From Podarcis gaigeae (Eukaryota), in NCBI GenBank assembly GCA_964106915.2, contig OZ066923.1: 64,000 nucleotides of DNA. The stretch is one strand, 5' to 3'. This document shows positions 50,951 through 64,000 of the stretch, in pieces. A model generated the notes under the pieces. That model had not been told where the DNA came from. It worked only from the letters and a program-made list of their open reading frames with translations, and made no database searches. The position numbers and the translations under genes are program-made. Position 1 is the first letter of the stretch. Each line of letters begins with the position of its first letter.

Positions 50951-51904
50951 CCAGACAGAATCAGAAAAGGCAAGAGGTCATACATGACTCATTTCGTATG
51001 AAATGTTGTTTCACCAGCAAATGTTCAGGCTGTTATTTTTTGGCATGAAAAAAGGGAATAGAAAAAGAGGCAAGTTGCAGCTTCTCTCCTCCCCAAGCAC
51101 CATCTTCAGCTATGACTCATTCAAGATGGCTCCAAATTAGTGTAGTCAGCAGAATGTAACCCAATTTTCAGTATGCTCTAATTCTAACATGGGAAGAACT
51201 ACCTATTTCAACTATTAAAAATGAAGTACAGTAAGCCTACAACTTATGTGAAGATTACGCTTCAGGGATTGCGCCAAAATCCAAAATCATGAAAAGTCAA
51301 AACACATTGGGTTCAATGGTAGGTGGGATTGCTTAAGGCATTTTCTCCAGAACTATTAACTATTTTTAATTTATTGTTTGAGTTTTTTGAATGGGGTAGG
51401 TTAAAGGTTTCAACTATCTGGTCCAGCACATTTCTAATTCCACAGGCTCTTGTCCTCAAGCCATGGAGGACTTCAGCCCACAGAAACCTTTATATTTATA
51501 ATTAAAAGTCTTGTTTTTACAAGCTAAAATCATGCGAGCAATGCAATGGATGAGGTTTAATGTACTACAATAGTCGTGGGAAGTTACCCCATCATTAACT
51601 CTTTATCAGCTTATTGTAAAGCGTTAATGCTACATAAAATCATTCTATAATACAGTACTATGGGTCATTCAAATCAGCTTATCACCTCTTACAATTCATC
51701 ATCTCATTATTGACGCAATGGAGTCAAATTCTAACTATGTAAGCCACAAATTGTGCTGCTCAGTTGGATGTACACTTGTCTGCTTCCCCAGCTCCAGTAA
51801 ATACTTTTGAACAAGTGCTGTCTGCTCATACAAGTCTCTTGAAAACCACTGGACCTTGATCGAGATGGAGGGAAAAGCCTATTGTTCCAAGTATGGGTTG
51901 CTAA

Positions 51905-52265
51905 GTAAAGGTAAAGGTACCCCTGCCCGTACGGGCCAGTCTTGACAGACTCTGGGGTTGTGCGCCCATCTCACTCAAGAGGCCAGGGGCCAGCGCTGTC
52001 CGGAGACACTTCCGGGTCACGTGGCCAGCGTGACAAAGCTGCATCTGGCGAGCCAGAGCCGCACACGGAAACGCCGTTTACCTTCCCGCTGGTAAGCAGT
52101 CCCTATTTATCTACTTGCACCCGGAGGTGCTTTCGAACTGCTAGGTTGGCAGGCGCTGGGACCGAGCAGCGGGAGCGCACCCCGCCGCAGGGATTCGAAC
52201 CGCCGACCTTTCGATCGGCAAGTCCTAGGCGCTGAGGCTTTAACCCACAGCGCCACCTGCGTCCC
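51905..52265 (-). mobile_element. Sauria SINE, full length, variant subfamily
   Basis: Same head as the other copies with a different 3' half; perfect TSD tgggttgcta (51894-51903, 52267-52276). Confidence 0.92.
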
Positions 52266-52520
52266 TTGGGTTGCTAGGAAGTTTTTAAAAGCTGGAGATG
52301 TAGTTAACACACCCCTAAACATGACCTTGAAGGTTCACATAGGGGAGTCATCTTTTAACTGAAAAACGTATTTCTAAAAAGTTGATGCCTGACAAAGCAA
52401 TTAAGTATCTATCAGAATTAGCATGACTCATTTATCGAGACATAGCTACACAAGACAGAAAGATAAAAGTCTGGTAGTATAAACTAACACAGATGCTACA
52501 GCACTGTCAACCTGTGTTAC

Positions 52521-52636
52521 CTTTTCACAGGCTCTGTCTGTACAAGAGCTGCATCTATCATGGCTTTCATCCATAACTCCATTTCCTTCCCTGTATCTGT
52601 GCAGAAATAATAGGTCCTCATGTTTGGATGAGCTGC
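52521..52636 (-). CDS. PLEKHA5: PLEKHA5 exon, end of PH domain (AAHPNMRTYYFCTDTGKEMELWMKAMIDAALVQTEPVK)
   Basis: 116 nt, cag/gtaaca, phase 0 to 2; within ORF 52517..52747. Confidence 0.96.
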
Positions 52637-53379
52637 CTGATTGGAAATGACATGGTCATTGTGGTGGGGGAAGTTCCGATAGTCTGTAAGGGAGCGAGAA
52701 GAAAACAAATAGAAGAATATTACTGGTTTCCTTAATAAGTAATTCATTGGTTTTAAGATTTATTTAGGCTGCCTCTAGAAACTCATCACACGGTAACTAA
52801 TACAATGTTATTCAACATCATGCTCATCTTTTGCGGCAATTATACTAGGGGAAAAACATATCAGAATTAAATTTGTAAGCCTTGTTGTTTCACTGTGCAC
52901 CTGCTGCGCTTCCAAGTGATTTCTACGAATTACAGAATAAAAATTCACTGTTGGCATCTGAGAAGCACAGATTATAGAAATATATTAGCTCAGATGCTTG
53001 GGAGTCAGGACGAAATAGCAGGTTCTAAATTATGTACTCACCCATTAAAACATGCAGTGCAGTTTAGTGTACTCATCATCAACAGGAGCCCAAAGAAGTT
53101 CAAATCCAAGAAACAAAATGTAAAGTTAGGCAAGATTGTTTAACAGAAGAGCAGCTACAATTCATCCAGCATACATTAAATAAAACAAACCTTGTAAAAA
53201 TGAAATTAGTGTTCAAGGGCACAACTTAAAGCTGCTATTAATTACTTTGGTCTTGTCCAAGTTAGCAAGTAACTAACTTTCAAATGCTCACAGAACTAGA
53301 TTACAAGCAAAATCTTTTAAGCAGCCCTTCTACAAAAATAGAGGCACAGTGGGCAAGTAGTAAACTATGCCTAGGAAGG

Positions 53380-53860
53380 TAGATTAGACTTCATATAGGG
53401 AGAAGATGGCCCATGAGTTCCATTTGCACCTGGTGTCACTTGCATGCCCAATTGTTCCATGGAGAATCAAAAAGCTCCCAGAGAGCAGAGAAAGGAAGAT
53501 ATCAATGAATGGGATGCTAAGGCAGTGAGATAACTGAATTCCATTGAGGCACACCAACATGGCAGAGGATATAAGGTTGCCTGCAGACACATACATTTCT
53601 CCAGGGAATGAGGGAACTTCTAGTACTGTTAAGGCTACAACCATCCAGTTTCAGGTGGGTTACAAAGAAATCCAAAAGAAGGTAGAAACAGAGGGTGAAC
53701 AAATGTTCTCTAAAAGGGTAACACAAGGATGGGAAGAAGTGTGTGCACATATTTAGGGCTTCAAGTGATAGATTTCGATACTGACAAAAATGACCCAGTA
53801 CAACTTCTATATCGTGGAGGTTGCTGATGGAAGAAGCTGCAAAAATGTGATTATGTGTAG
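53380..53860 (-). mobile_element. Old LINE reverse-transcriptase remnant (CR1/L2 group)
   Basis: Frameshifted GVPQ motif (VGVPQWNSVIS in ORF 53517..53879); boundaries approximate. Confidence 0.4.
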
Positions 53861-54202
53861 GCATCATCTTGAGACACAAAATTGACTGAACTGCTCATTT
53901 CCCACACCATCAAAGAAGAGTACACCTAAACTAAAGAAGCAGGATCTTTGAAACAAAAAGCTGTAAAATATGCAGTCACATTGGAGGAGCCACTAATGTT
54001 GATAACACTAAATAGTGAAACTTACTGCCTTTACAAATGATGGTTTGTTTTTGTAGCTCTCTAGAGAATAAATTATGATATTGGGGTAGTCTTCAGTCTG
54101 TGCCAGCTTTTGCCTAACCTGAAATCAACAGTGAATGTGTTCACAATCATGGTTTCTTGATCACCTGCACACCACAGACCAAAGGATAAATAATATTCCT
54201 AC

Positions 54203-54303
54203 CTTAAAAGCATATTTGCGATTGATGTGATCTTCAGAAGAAAGCATAGATATCTGAAAGCTGGGAAGAAGTATGCTCCCCAATATTCCCTCTTCTTTTT
54301 CAT
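54203..54303 (-). CDS. PLEKHA5: PLEKHA5 exon, PH domain (DEKEEGILGSILLPSFQISMLSSEDHINRKYAFK)
   Basis: 101 nt, tag acceptor, gtagga donor, phase 1 to 0. Confidence 0.96.
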
Positions 54304-57149
54304 CTAGGAATAACATAAAAATGGTTGACTAAGCTAGCAAACTGCTGCTGCACTGTATTCTAGAACACTGAAACAGACATTTGCACTTAAAACTTTTTCC
54401 AGATGCTTAAAATTATTTGTGGAGGAAATTCAGGGCAAATTCAGCGACTCCACCATTTTAGAACAGTAAACTTCCACATTTCATAACAGGTCTTTAGGGA
54501 GCCAAAGACCATGCCTTTGGACCCCAAGGAGCAAAACTAGCCCATGAGAAAACAATGGCTGAGAACTTGCTGGAAGTCCACTTTATGAGGGAGGGGGAGG
54601 GACGCCCAGCCCATCATTGTCTATTCCCTCCTCAAAGTAGACCTCTTATAAAATTTGTTGCCTGCTAGGATTCTTGACTGAATGCTGAACACACAGACAG
54701 CATTTGTGCAAACAGAAATAGCCTTCAGGAGTTGGAAGAGCTCATCTAAACTGTATCATGTAGTTCAGTTGGTAAAAACTGAAGTGAATCCTTGGCAATC
54801 AGCAAGGAATACCACTGCAAGCATCTAATCCTCTACCATCTCTGCAGTTCATCTCTACCAGCCCTCTGCATTTATCCATCCCTCACCCAATGTCAGCAGG
54901 GAGCATCTCAGATCAACAGTCTTTGTGAGCTTAGACCACCCATGGTTCTCTTCTTACAAACGCTGGGTGAAGTATCTCAGCAGACTGGAACAGTGTTATG
55001 AATCCCCCCACCACTCATCAACAGAAATACTTCACTAAACAAATATTATGAAGGATTCAATTGTCTCCTGAATAGCTGCATTAAATCTGGATATTACAGT
55101 TAATCACTGGAATAGAGAAAAGGGTTTTAATCTTGCTTTTAACTCTACCTCAAAGCACTATGAAGTGTGGAGTAGCTAATGATGCCTCTTCAATAGAGGA
55201 GCTGTTTAATACATGAAGGCGAACACACAAATTTGCAGTTCATGCGCCTGCCAATGCCCCCTGTGTGAGTGCGGCAATCACAATGAATGCCTGGCCCAAA
55301 AGAAAAGCTATCACGTACAACAGCAGAATGTTAAGTATTCAAGCCATGTTTCTTACGGCTGTCTTTAATGGCAACATTGAAGGAAAATGACACTATTTTT
55401 CCAAAGTGAGCATGCAGCCTGCAAGGCAGGCTAGACTAAAAGGACCATGCTATTAATGCCTAAACATAAATCTTCTGCAATACAGAAAGTACAAGCCATT
55501 CTTGACCAAATACACTTTTGGGTGCAAAGTTTGTAATATATGAGGGCATTTCGGTATGCTAGTACCCATGACAGAAAATGTAACTGTACAAGTATTGTAT
55601 GAAATTCAGCAGCATGAAATTCACAATATCCATGGTTTGGCCATCTTAACTTTCATGCTCAAAGGCCACAGCAAGTTTTAATATACCAGTATTTGGATCT
55701 AAGTAATATATCTAAATATCTAAAAGTACTATATTAATTGCCATGCTCTTAAAGGCATCTATACAAATAGATGCTCTAGAGTGTGCTATATTTACTCATG
55801 TATAGTCTTATCTTAATTATAGTATTATTGTCATCATTTGAGAATACAGACAACTCCCAATTTACGTGGGGGGTTACATTCCAAGGGACCATGTGTTTAA
55901 GTGAAATCACGTATATTTGAAACACCTCTGAAAAAGCCTGCAAACACCCAGTTCTGCCTCCACCCCTGCCCGCCCCCTACTCTGCCCCTTTGTGTGATGC
56001 TTTTGGGTCACTTCCAGGTTCGGCATGGTCACACACATATCTGACACATCTAAAATGGTCGCTGCCTGCATGTACAGTCCACCAGATCTATGCAAGACCT
56101 GTGGAAACCAATCAAATCCATGTAGAAATACTAGTTTCGCTGAAGAAAAGAGGCAAACCAACCACTACTGACTGGTTCACAGCATCAACCTTGGAACACA
56201 ACTGGCAGTGGCGGAACCAAGGCTGGGAATGCTGAAACGAGAGAAGAAACTGACGGGAGTATATCCAAAATTAAGGACTATCTGTGACAAGAGGCCCAGT
56301 GCAGGTACAATTGTGGCTCCCTGAAAACAATGGATCCCAAATCAAGATTCAGCTTTGTGGCTCAGTGCTTTCTTCCCAAAGCACAAGTTCTATGTTTCAT
56401 ATACAGCTCCCTCCTGTTGTTGGTCTATGCCATGGCCTGGCTCTACCCACAGCCAGACAATAAATAGATGGTGACTCCATTCAAAGTGCACTGTAGCAAG
56501 AGGCCAGTGATTGTTCTCTATTACCCACACGGAGGCAAGCTTTGAGACTTTACTAAGGGGGAAACTTTTTAAAAGAATTGGATTCCCCTATTCTGGCAGA
56601 AAACCTCTTATCAATCTACACCACAGATAAAACTACCTAATTTTGAGTGAATTATGGCCAGGTATTATTTCTAGTAGATATGTACACAACCACTTTTATA
56701 CTGAATTTATTTACTGTACCAATATTATATTATAAATTCCCTTTAGATGAGCTTTTGTCCACCGATTTCTTTGCCTCCTGCATCTATTTTTATTTTCACA
56801 TAGAAAATAAAAAGGAAACAATAAATAAAAGAAGAGTCTTTTATCCTAGGCCTTCAATTAGAATGCTTATTCAATTAGAATGCTCTGTTGCTTGCAACAA
56901 AGGTGAAATTGGTCTTTTATCCTCCAGCAAAAGCAATAAAAAGGATGCTGAAAAACAGAGTTTTTACAATACCAGAATAGCAAGCCTCTGCCAGGAATAG
57001 AAAAACAGTTTGTAACTTATGAAACATAAATAAATGAAGGCTCTGTGTGTTTGGAGTGGGTTTGCTTAAAGTGCTGATGCAGAATAGAGTGGAGATCTAC
57101 ACAGCTCCCTGGCACAGAATCTATGGGATATGCGATCCAGTCCAACCTA

Positions 57150-57335
57150 GCATAGTATGTTGTAGTTGAAAGCATGAACTACAGGCTAGGAAACCTGTGG
57201 TTCAAATCTTAGCTCAACTACAAACTTCCAAAGTGGCCTCAGACAAGTCAGGATCCCTCAAAATCCAGCCTTCCATCTATAACATGGGGTTAAGAACACT
57301 GGACTAGTTTATTGGATCACTATAAGGATTACTGA
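57150..57335 (+). mobile_element. Old MIR/CORE-like SINE remnant
   Basis: B-box-like ggttcaaatc and CORE-like catctataacatggggttaa. Confidence 0.45.
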
Positions 57336-58172
57336 GTAAGTGTGATTTGAGCAATTGGGGGAAATGCTATGTAAGTATAAATTTATTTTAAGTTTTATAG
57401 ATTGCTTCTCTGTCATTACAACTATAACAAGTCCAATTACAGTACAGTACAGTACAAACCGCAACACTACTAAAGTGATGGTAGCAGCTCTAAACATATT
57501 ACTGGTATGTTATTCTACTGTAGCTAAATCTAAGTATATGAAACTGAAATAATTGCCAAAAAAACATTGTATTGAAGGTGTCAGAGGGCTAATAAATTTA
57601 TTATGGCATATACATCTGTGGACCATAGTCCAACTTATCGGATGGAACATCTGGTGAAGATTGCCTATTCTTCTCCTGTTTAATTGCCTCAATTTCCTCT
57701 TTTTTCTCCCTTGTTCCTCTCTGCTTAGATAGCAAACACTCTAGGGTAGGGACTTGTATTCTCATGATATTATATTAATGCCAAAGAATAACAAGTGCTG
57801 TTTTAAAAGTACAAATGAACCCAAGCTTCCACTTCTGATGCTTTAGAACTGCTGCAGAAGAAAATGCACTAGGCAAGACGGAAGAAGGACAAAGTGGTTT
57901 CAGGTGACAGGAAGAAAAAAACAAGGACAGCAACTTGGACCTGTCATGTGTTTTAAAGTTTCCCAAGGACCAAGCTGAAGGAAAGCAAGATCAATCAGAG
58001 AAAATCCCAGCCCAAAATGACAGGAAAGAGCATAGTTGCTCTCCGCACACGTTCTGCTTCAGGGATCCACACCCTCTAAATCAGAAAAGATGGGAGGAAA
58101 CAAAATTAGAGAACCACACTCTCCCTCCAAACTAGTCTTCTTAGCAACCAAGAGAGGTCCAAATCAGAAATA

Positions 58173-58416
58173 CAGTGGTACCTCTGGATGCGAACGGGAT
58201 CTGTTCCGGAGTCCCATTAGCATCCTGAAATGAACATAAGACATGACTGCGCGTCATGTTCCGCCGCTTCTGCGCATGCGTGTGACATCATTTTGAGCGT
58301 CTGCGCATGTGCGAGCAGTGAAACCTGGAAGTAACGCGCTCCATTACTTCCGGGTCGCTGTGGAGCGCAACCCGAAAATATTTAAGCTGAAGTGTATTCA
58401 TCCCGAGGTATGATTG
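58173..58416. mobile_element. Tc1/mariner-type MITE
   Basis: TA-flanked imperfect TIRs CAGTGGTACCTCTGGATG / CAATCATACCTCGGGATG; left end shared with the 4347 element; CpG-rich interior. Confidence 0.78.
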
Positions 58417-60726
58417 TAGAGAACTCTGTGTGAACCTACACAACCTTTATCAAATTGTATTATAAGCATACATATTAAGTATAAGCTAAGTTTTTAAAAC
58501 AAAACAAAACAAAACTTAGCATTCAAACATGAATAGGTGAGGGTTAATATGTCTGATGTGTTCTCATAACCATTACTAATGCTTGCAAATGATTACTAGA
58601 ACATCTGGTTATCTAACTCCATCTGCTTCAATTGCTTCCCAGAGGATGGGTATATAAATAGCTTTGGTTTATTTATTCATGCAATCTAAGCAGATCAGTT
58701 TTTATATTTCTTATCTAGCCTAAAACCAATAATTTAATCAAGTGGAAAATATTGAAGAGAATTAGCAACACAGATAAGTAAAACTTTTGTACTAGGCTAT
58801 GATTAATATTCTCGATGTGCACAATGGGATATTTCTCAAAAAAGCTAAAATGGTTGCCCTGAATGAAGAAGTTGCATACTTGTGTGAAGAAAGCTAAGCT
58901 GATTTTTCTTCTAAGCAGGAAAACCCACCAACAATCTGGCCACCTACGTAATTATAGTACAATTTTAGCTCAACCAAAGTCTCCATGTCTAAAATTACAG
59001 TATTACAGTTACACTAATTTTGACTCAGCAGTGGCTTGGTTTTTTCAACAACCTATAATCTTTCTTTTTAAAAGGAAAAATCCACACAATGATTCTGAAT
59101 TCATTAAGTTGTTACTGCATGAGAACTTTGGTGCTTAAAATTACCCTAAATGTTTATAATGGTCATTTTGCAGAGGGATTAACTCAATTTCAAATGATTT
59201 CTTTTAAGTTTTACAGATTGCTGTTATGATATTGCAAAATCTTGATTCCCACTTCATTTCAATATCATGAATTGTGTATTAATTTTCTTGATTTCATCAA
59301 TGGATGCTCTGAATTTCATCACCCAAAGTCAAAAGTTTAACCCTTCCTGATATTTTCCCCTTACTACCTCTCATACAATGAACAGCCAATATTCAATTAC
59401 TGCTGATTTGGCCTTACTTAAACAACCCCTTCCATCTCAGATTGACAGACTGCAATTTTGACTTGAGGCTGGGCTTGATAGTTGTTTCAAGACACGTAAT
59501 ACATATAGACCACAGATATGCAGAACACATTAACATGAACATGGTGTTTTGCACATCTTAAGCATAAACAATGTAAAATATATTTTTAGAAGTTTGTAGA
59601 TCTTGTACTGGGGCAAGCTGGAGAATTTTAGAGTATTATGCTGAAAAAAGTTAGATAATAAAGGACAAGGTTACTAAGAGCTTAACTTATATTAAATGTT
59701 TCAAATGTTATATTTACTTTTGAAACCCACCATGATCTTTGCCAAACTGTCCAGCCTAGTCACAGTTTACTGGATCTACAGACCATAAACATCAAATGCA
59801 GTGCAGAGTTATCAAGACAACAAAAAGATTGCTATTCTGAATGTTTTTCGTTTATAATTATCATGAGAATCAGCTGGAAGGAGAATGGTTATCCCTCAGC
59901 AATGCATATTTAATGTATAATGGACTGAAACAGCAAACATTAATCCTATAAATACTTTCAGCTCATGAAAGACTTTCATGTAGCCATTGATGGTGAACAA
60001 GGTACAGGCACACTTTTCATTCCAAAGGCCATAGAACAAGGGAAGAATAGTTCTATTCAGAACAAGGGTCAGGGATCTGTGACTCTAGAAAAGTTTTTGG
60101 AATGGCTAATGGCCAGGATGGTAGAAGTTGTAGCTAACACCTGGAGGACTGCAGGTTCCCCATCCCTGGTTTACAATGTCAACAAGTTACATGGGGGGAA
60201 TGCTTTAAAAAGAGTTGCCCTGGGTCGCTTGTAGTTAAGCTTCTTGTAAACCTGCTTCTTCACATCACCCCACCCCTCACCAGCTACACAAAAAGCACTT
60301 AGAACTGCCTTATTGCATGGAACCAGTGAATTAAGAGGAATAGGAGGGTTCTCTGGGCACAACAGTAAAGTGTGTGAACTTTACAAAAATTCTAATTTTC
60401 TAAATTCTTGCAGATGCAAGGATTATTTTGTTTGCAAATGGGTGGAATAATAGGAAACGACATCAGACATAGCTGGCAGTGCATTAGGTCAACAGAAAGA
60501 AAAGAAATTACATTATTCACACTGCAATTCAGAGAGTTCCTTTACACAGTCTTGTCTTATGATGCAGTTCTTATCAAATAATCACACATGTTCTGCGGAG
60601 CACGTTAAGTTTAGTGTTAAATTAGCCCTTTTAAGTTTTTATCAGCAGGACAGTTTCAAAAACTTTATTTTAAGAGTTTAACATCTTTGGAAGACCTAGG
60701 TTAGCCTCTAACAATTAGAAACTTAC

Positions 60727-60799
60727 CCCGATAATAGAAGAGGCACAGATCGGACAGAACAAACCATCGCTTCTTCCATAGCTTCATTCCAGTGCTATC
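60727..60799 (-). CDS. PLEKHA5: PLEKHA5 exon, PH domain (DSTGMKLWKKRWFVLSDLCLFYYR)
   Basis: 73 nt, cag acceptor, gtaagt donor, phase 0 to 1. Confidence 0.96.
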
Positions 60800-61439
60800 C
60801 TGTATGAAATCAAACACACAATCCTTAAGAATCAACAATTTAAAGGCTTTGATGACATTTAACAGAAAATATCACATTAAGGAGACTGGCAAAATAAGAG
60901 CCAGCAACCCCCTCTTGTGACGCTTGAGGTGGCACCTGCACTTGCTGTGAGCAAAATGCAGGCCCCTTCCTGACACCCTTTTGCTTTGGAGCGGGTCATG
61001 TAATGGGAAGTATGTGAAACCAATACAAGGTCTTATTCAGAAGTTATATGGAATATACATACAGGTGTAAAAAGAAAAGTGCCACTGCTGCCTTGCCCTC
61101 CTCACCACAGGAGAATGCGGTGCCTGTCCTAGGTCAAAGGTTTAACGTGAGCTCAAGCTCACCAAGCCTCAGCTCTAAAAGCCAGAGTTCAGCACTGCAA
61201 CTGTGAAGTCATTATACAGCGTTTGTGAGTGATTTCACTGGTTGACTGTAGCATTGTTATATCTGTGAGGAAGACACTAAAGGTTCACCACCACCTCATC
61301 AGATAGTGTCTAAATGCTATTGCCATGATCAAAGGCAGCATACCTCTGAAGAACAAGTTGCATATGCTTGATAGTGATTTATCTCATAAATTAATTTCTC
61401 AAAATGTTAATTTTCTTAGGATCTTATTTGGAAACATGC

Positions 61440-61596
61440 ACTTCGCAGAGGATGCCTCTGAAAAACAGTTGCTGGAAACAATTGCAGAAAATGACTTTTT
61501 GCCCACATGGTCTTTCCAGATGCATCAGTCGGACACTATGTTTGGGATGTTTGGCTAGAGAGACCTTTGTCCTGATCCAGCAGGGCTCTTCTATGT
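61440..61596 (+). mobile_element. CR1 LINE 3' UTR fragment
   Basis: Ends cctgatccagcagggctcttctatgt like the 38797 copy. Confidence 0.6.
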
Positions 61597-62019
61597 CACC
61601 ACACAGTATTTTTAAGTAGAGGCACATTTATCTGAGAACAGTTGAGCAATGAGACCAGGTAATATACATGTTTGTGTAAGCCAGCCCTGAGTAAGTAGAG
61701 AACAACTGTCTATTTCACCCAAGCAATTATAGCCAGTCCTCAGGTGCCTGAAGAAGACTTCACAGATGGTGGGCATCTCATCACTTACAAATCCTTCCTG
61801 GCTGCAAGGAGATGCCACTGAACAGCAAACTGAGTATCTAGAAACCCGACAGATTTAGAATGCTAAAAGCCCCAGCTCTTTCAAAAAATGTGCACACTCT
61901 TAGTGGTACAGTGAAGAAGTAACTAGTGCCAAACCCACAAGCTCCTAATTTAACTTATGTGGAAGGTAGCTATAAAAGCTCTGTAGATAGATACTTCTGG
62001 AACTTCAGGGTGAGAGACT

Positions 62020-62365
62020 TTTGCTCAGTGAAGAGCACATCCTTTGCATGCGGAGGTTCACACATTCTCACTCTTAACATCACTACTTAGGCATCTAACA
62101 TCACTACCTGAGATCTTGGGAGAGCTGCTGGCAGAACAGGCAGCACAGGGGTAGGTTCCAGCTTCAATTCCTACAATATCTAAAAGGTTCATGTAGGTGG
62201 TGATGGGAGATTAACTCCGCCAGAGACCCCGGAGAACTGCTGCCACTGAGAGTAGCCAAAATTGGGATAGATGGGCTAACAATCTGGCCAAATATAAGGC
62301 AGCTTCCTATGTCAATACTGGGCTAGATAAACCAATGGTTTGCTCCGTATAAGGCAGCTTCTTAT
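62020..62365 (+). mobile_element. Cluster of degenerate Squam2-like SINE pieces
   Basis: gctcagtg...tttgcatg head and a duplicated tail tataaggcagctt. Confidence 0.55.
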
Positions 62366-63254
62366 GGACACAATGTCAGCCTAGTCTACTTCAAAGGGTT
62401 GTTGTGGGGGAAAAATAGGAGGGGAAAGAAGAGAATAATGTATGCCAGCTTAAGCTCCTTGGAGGATAAATAAAATGTGGGAAAAGAAAACACATTTCCC
62501 ATAAAGTGTTTTTACTCTTCTTATCGGCCATACTGTTACTGTTAAGTAAATGCCTCCAGATACAAAAAACTTTATTCCTGAAGTAATTTTATTTGCTTTT
62601 ATGTCTATAATCAATTTGCAATGTGTTTCACAGAATGAATGGCTACCGCCACCACAGCTGTGTGTGTGCATACTCCGATAATAAAATTTAATAAATATGT
62701 TAATATCGGCCTAAAGAAGAAAAGGTTTTAGTGAATTGTAAGTACTCTCCTGATGAATGGGCTTGAGATGATATTTAGGGGTGGCAGAATAATGAATGCC
62801 AAATCTTTGAATATTCTTAAAACAGAAAAGGGCAGTTGGTATACTATTTTGCTAAGATCTCTCATCAGATGTGTTCATTTTCTTGTTCTCAAGTTATGCA
62901 CCCCTAAGTAGAAAAGCAAGTATTTAGATGTTCCACTTTTACTTAGGAATTTTATGGACTTCTAACCCCAAATTCTACTCAAGGTGCCAGCTTCTCATCT
63001 GACAATCTTCTTTCAAACAAATATGCTACTTTCCCAAGCATTTAATGATTACTAAACAAAAATAAAATACCCCCACCAACAATATTTTCTCTGTTCTGTT
63101 CTGTCTTGTTTGTTTTGTTTTAAACTCACATATTCCAAATGCATCTCTGAACATATTTTAAGTACTGATGCAAATGTTGTACCTAAAAGTATTTGAAGCT
63201 GACAACAGTTTAAAAAATGCAGGTAGTCTATTTATTCAAAATAGATAGTCTTAA

Positions 63255-63267
63255 GCACGCACGCGCG

Positions 63268-63326
<59 letters not shown>
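63255..63326. repeat. Compound (GC)/(AC)n(AG)n microsatellite
   Basis: Directly visible. Confidence 0.97.
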
Positions 63327-63327
<1 letters not shown>

Positions 63328-64000
63328 ACCAGATCACTAACATTGACTGGGTAAAGAGATAATATCTCATTTGTATTGCAACAAATCCACTGGGTCCCTG
63401 TAAGCTTCCAAACTCAATTCAAAGTTCTCATCTTAACTTTTAAAACTCTGCACATAGCTTAGAACTCAAATACCTGTTGGCCTGTCACTCTCATATCAAT
63501 TTGCTTGTACTTCAAGCATGTCATTTGAATCTCTCTCTAGGCACCGCCGTTATGTGGAGTTGTGACAGCTGGTGACCAGAGGGAGAGAACCCTTTTAGGA
63601 TGGCTCCTGGGTTTTGGAATGCCCTCTTTGAGGAACCCCACCTGGCACCCTTGTTGCTGTCATTTAAATGCCAGGCAAACACTTTTCTCAAGCTTTTAAG
63701 AACTCTTCATGTTAAGCTGCTTTCATAAATTAAATAAAAAGAATTAGGGCAGTTTTGATTTTATTATCTATTTGAAGTGATGCTTTCATTTGTTGTGCTA
63801 GCATGTAAGTTCCCTCCCTCTTTTTTACAGAATACATTTGTTTCTTATTACTTTGGTAGGATGAATAATGTTGAACAGACAGAGTATAAATGCCGTTAAT
63901 AAAACAACTAACTGTAGTATATGACTATGCTATAGCATAGATGGGGAACGTGTGGCATGGCTAGTTTGGTTCTACAGTATTTTGGCAGATTATCCTTTTT

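Larger units (their letters stand above)
7530..64000 (-). other. PLEKHA5: PLEKHA5 gene, partial (PH-domain exons to 3' UTR; 5' exons lie outside the window)
   Basis: 22 phase-consistent GT-AG exons translate to peptides I recognise as PLEKHA5/PEPP2 (e.g. DSTGMKLWKKRWFVLSDLCLFYYR, RRSMRDDTMWQLYEWQQRQ, KLSRLCEQDK, ERPRSAVEQLCLAES). The 3' end is approximate. Confidence 0.96.

Noticed and set aside
51227-51564. Possible old Tigger-like MITE (similar start at about 55846)
   Set aside because: The TIRs are too degraded to define boundaries confidently, so it is not listed as a feature.
10407-52265. Inverted SINE pair forming dsRNA in the pre-mRNA
   Set aside because: Both intronic Sauria SINEs have the same orientation; the only inverted pair (1-83 and 1305) lies outside the gene.
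1-64000. Prokaryotic-type systems (CRISPR arrays, operons, defence islands)
   Set aside because: The sequence is an intron-rich vertebrate locus; there is no regularly spaced repeat-spacer array and no dense ORF packing.

Overview
This is vertebrate genomic DNA, not prokaryotic. It comes from a squamate reptile, most likely a lacertid lizard (inferred from Sauria/Squam-type SINEs and a BovB fragment). The window is dominated by the 3' portion of PLEKHA5 (PEPP2) on the minus strand. I traced 22 GT-AG coding exons by hand from 60799 down to 9466 (3199 nt, 1066 codons + 1 nt). They join with fully consistent phases and run from the PH domain through the coiled-coil region towards the C-terminus, followed by a divergent stop-containing exon (~8812-8909) and a probable 3' UTR exon ending at AATAAA signals near 7547-7594. 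The WW-domain exons and the promoter lie beyond the right edge. Introns and the downstream flank carry SINEs, LINE remnants (L1, CR1, L2-like, BovB, Penelope-like) and DNA-transposon MITEs, including a nested hAT-in-Tc1/mariner insertion. There are also microsatellites and one 200-N assembly gap. Most ORF-track entries are spurious. I see no evidence of a wholly novel biological system. The best leads are splicing-level: a cluster of phase-compatible candidate cassette exons in the 24.4-29.7 kb intron, an apparently remodelled C-terminus (-CLCVE versus the recalled human -HFMCV), and a strong competing 3' splice site in the PH domain. Gene and repeat identities rest on recalled sequences, not on a database search.
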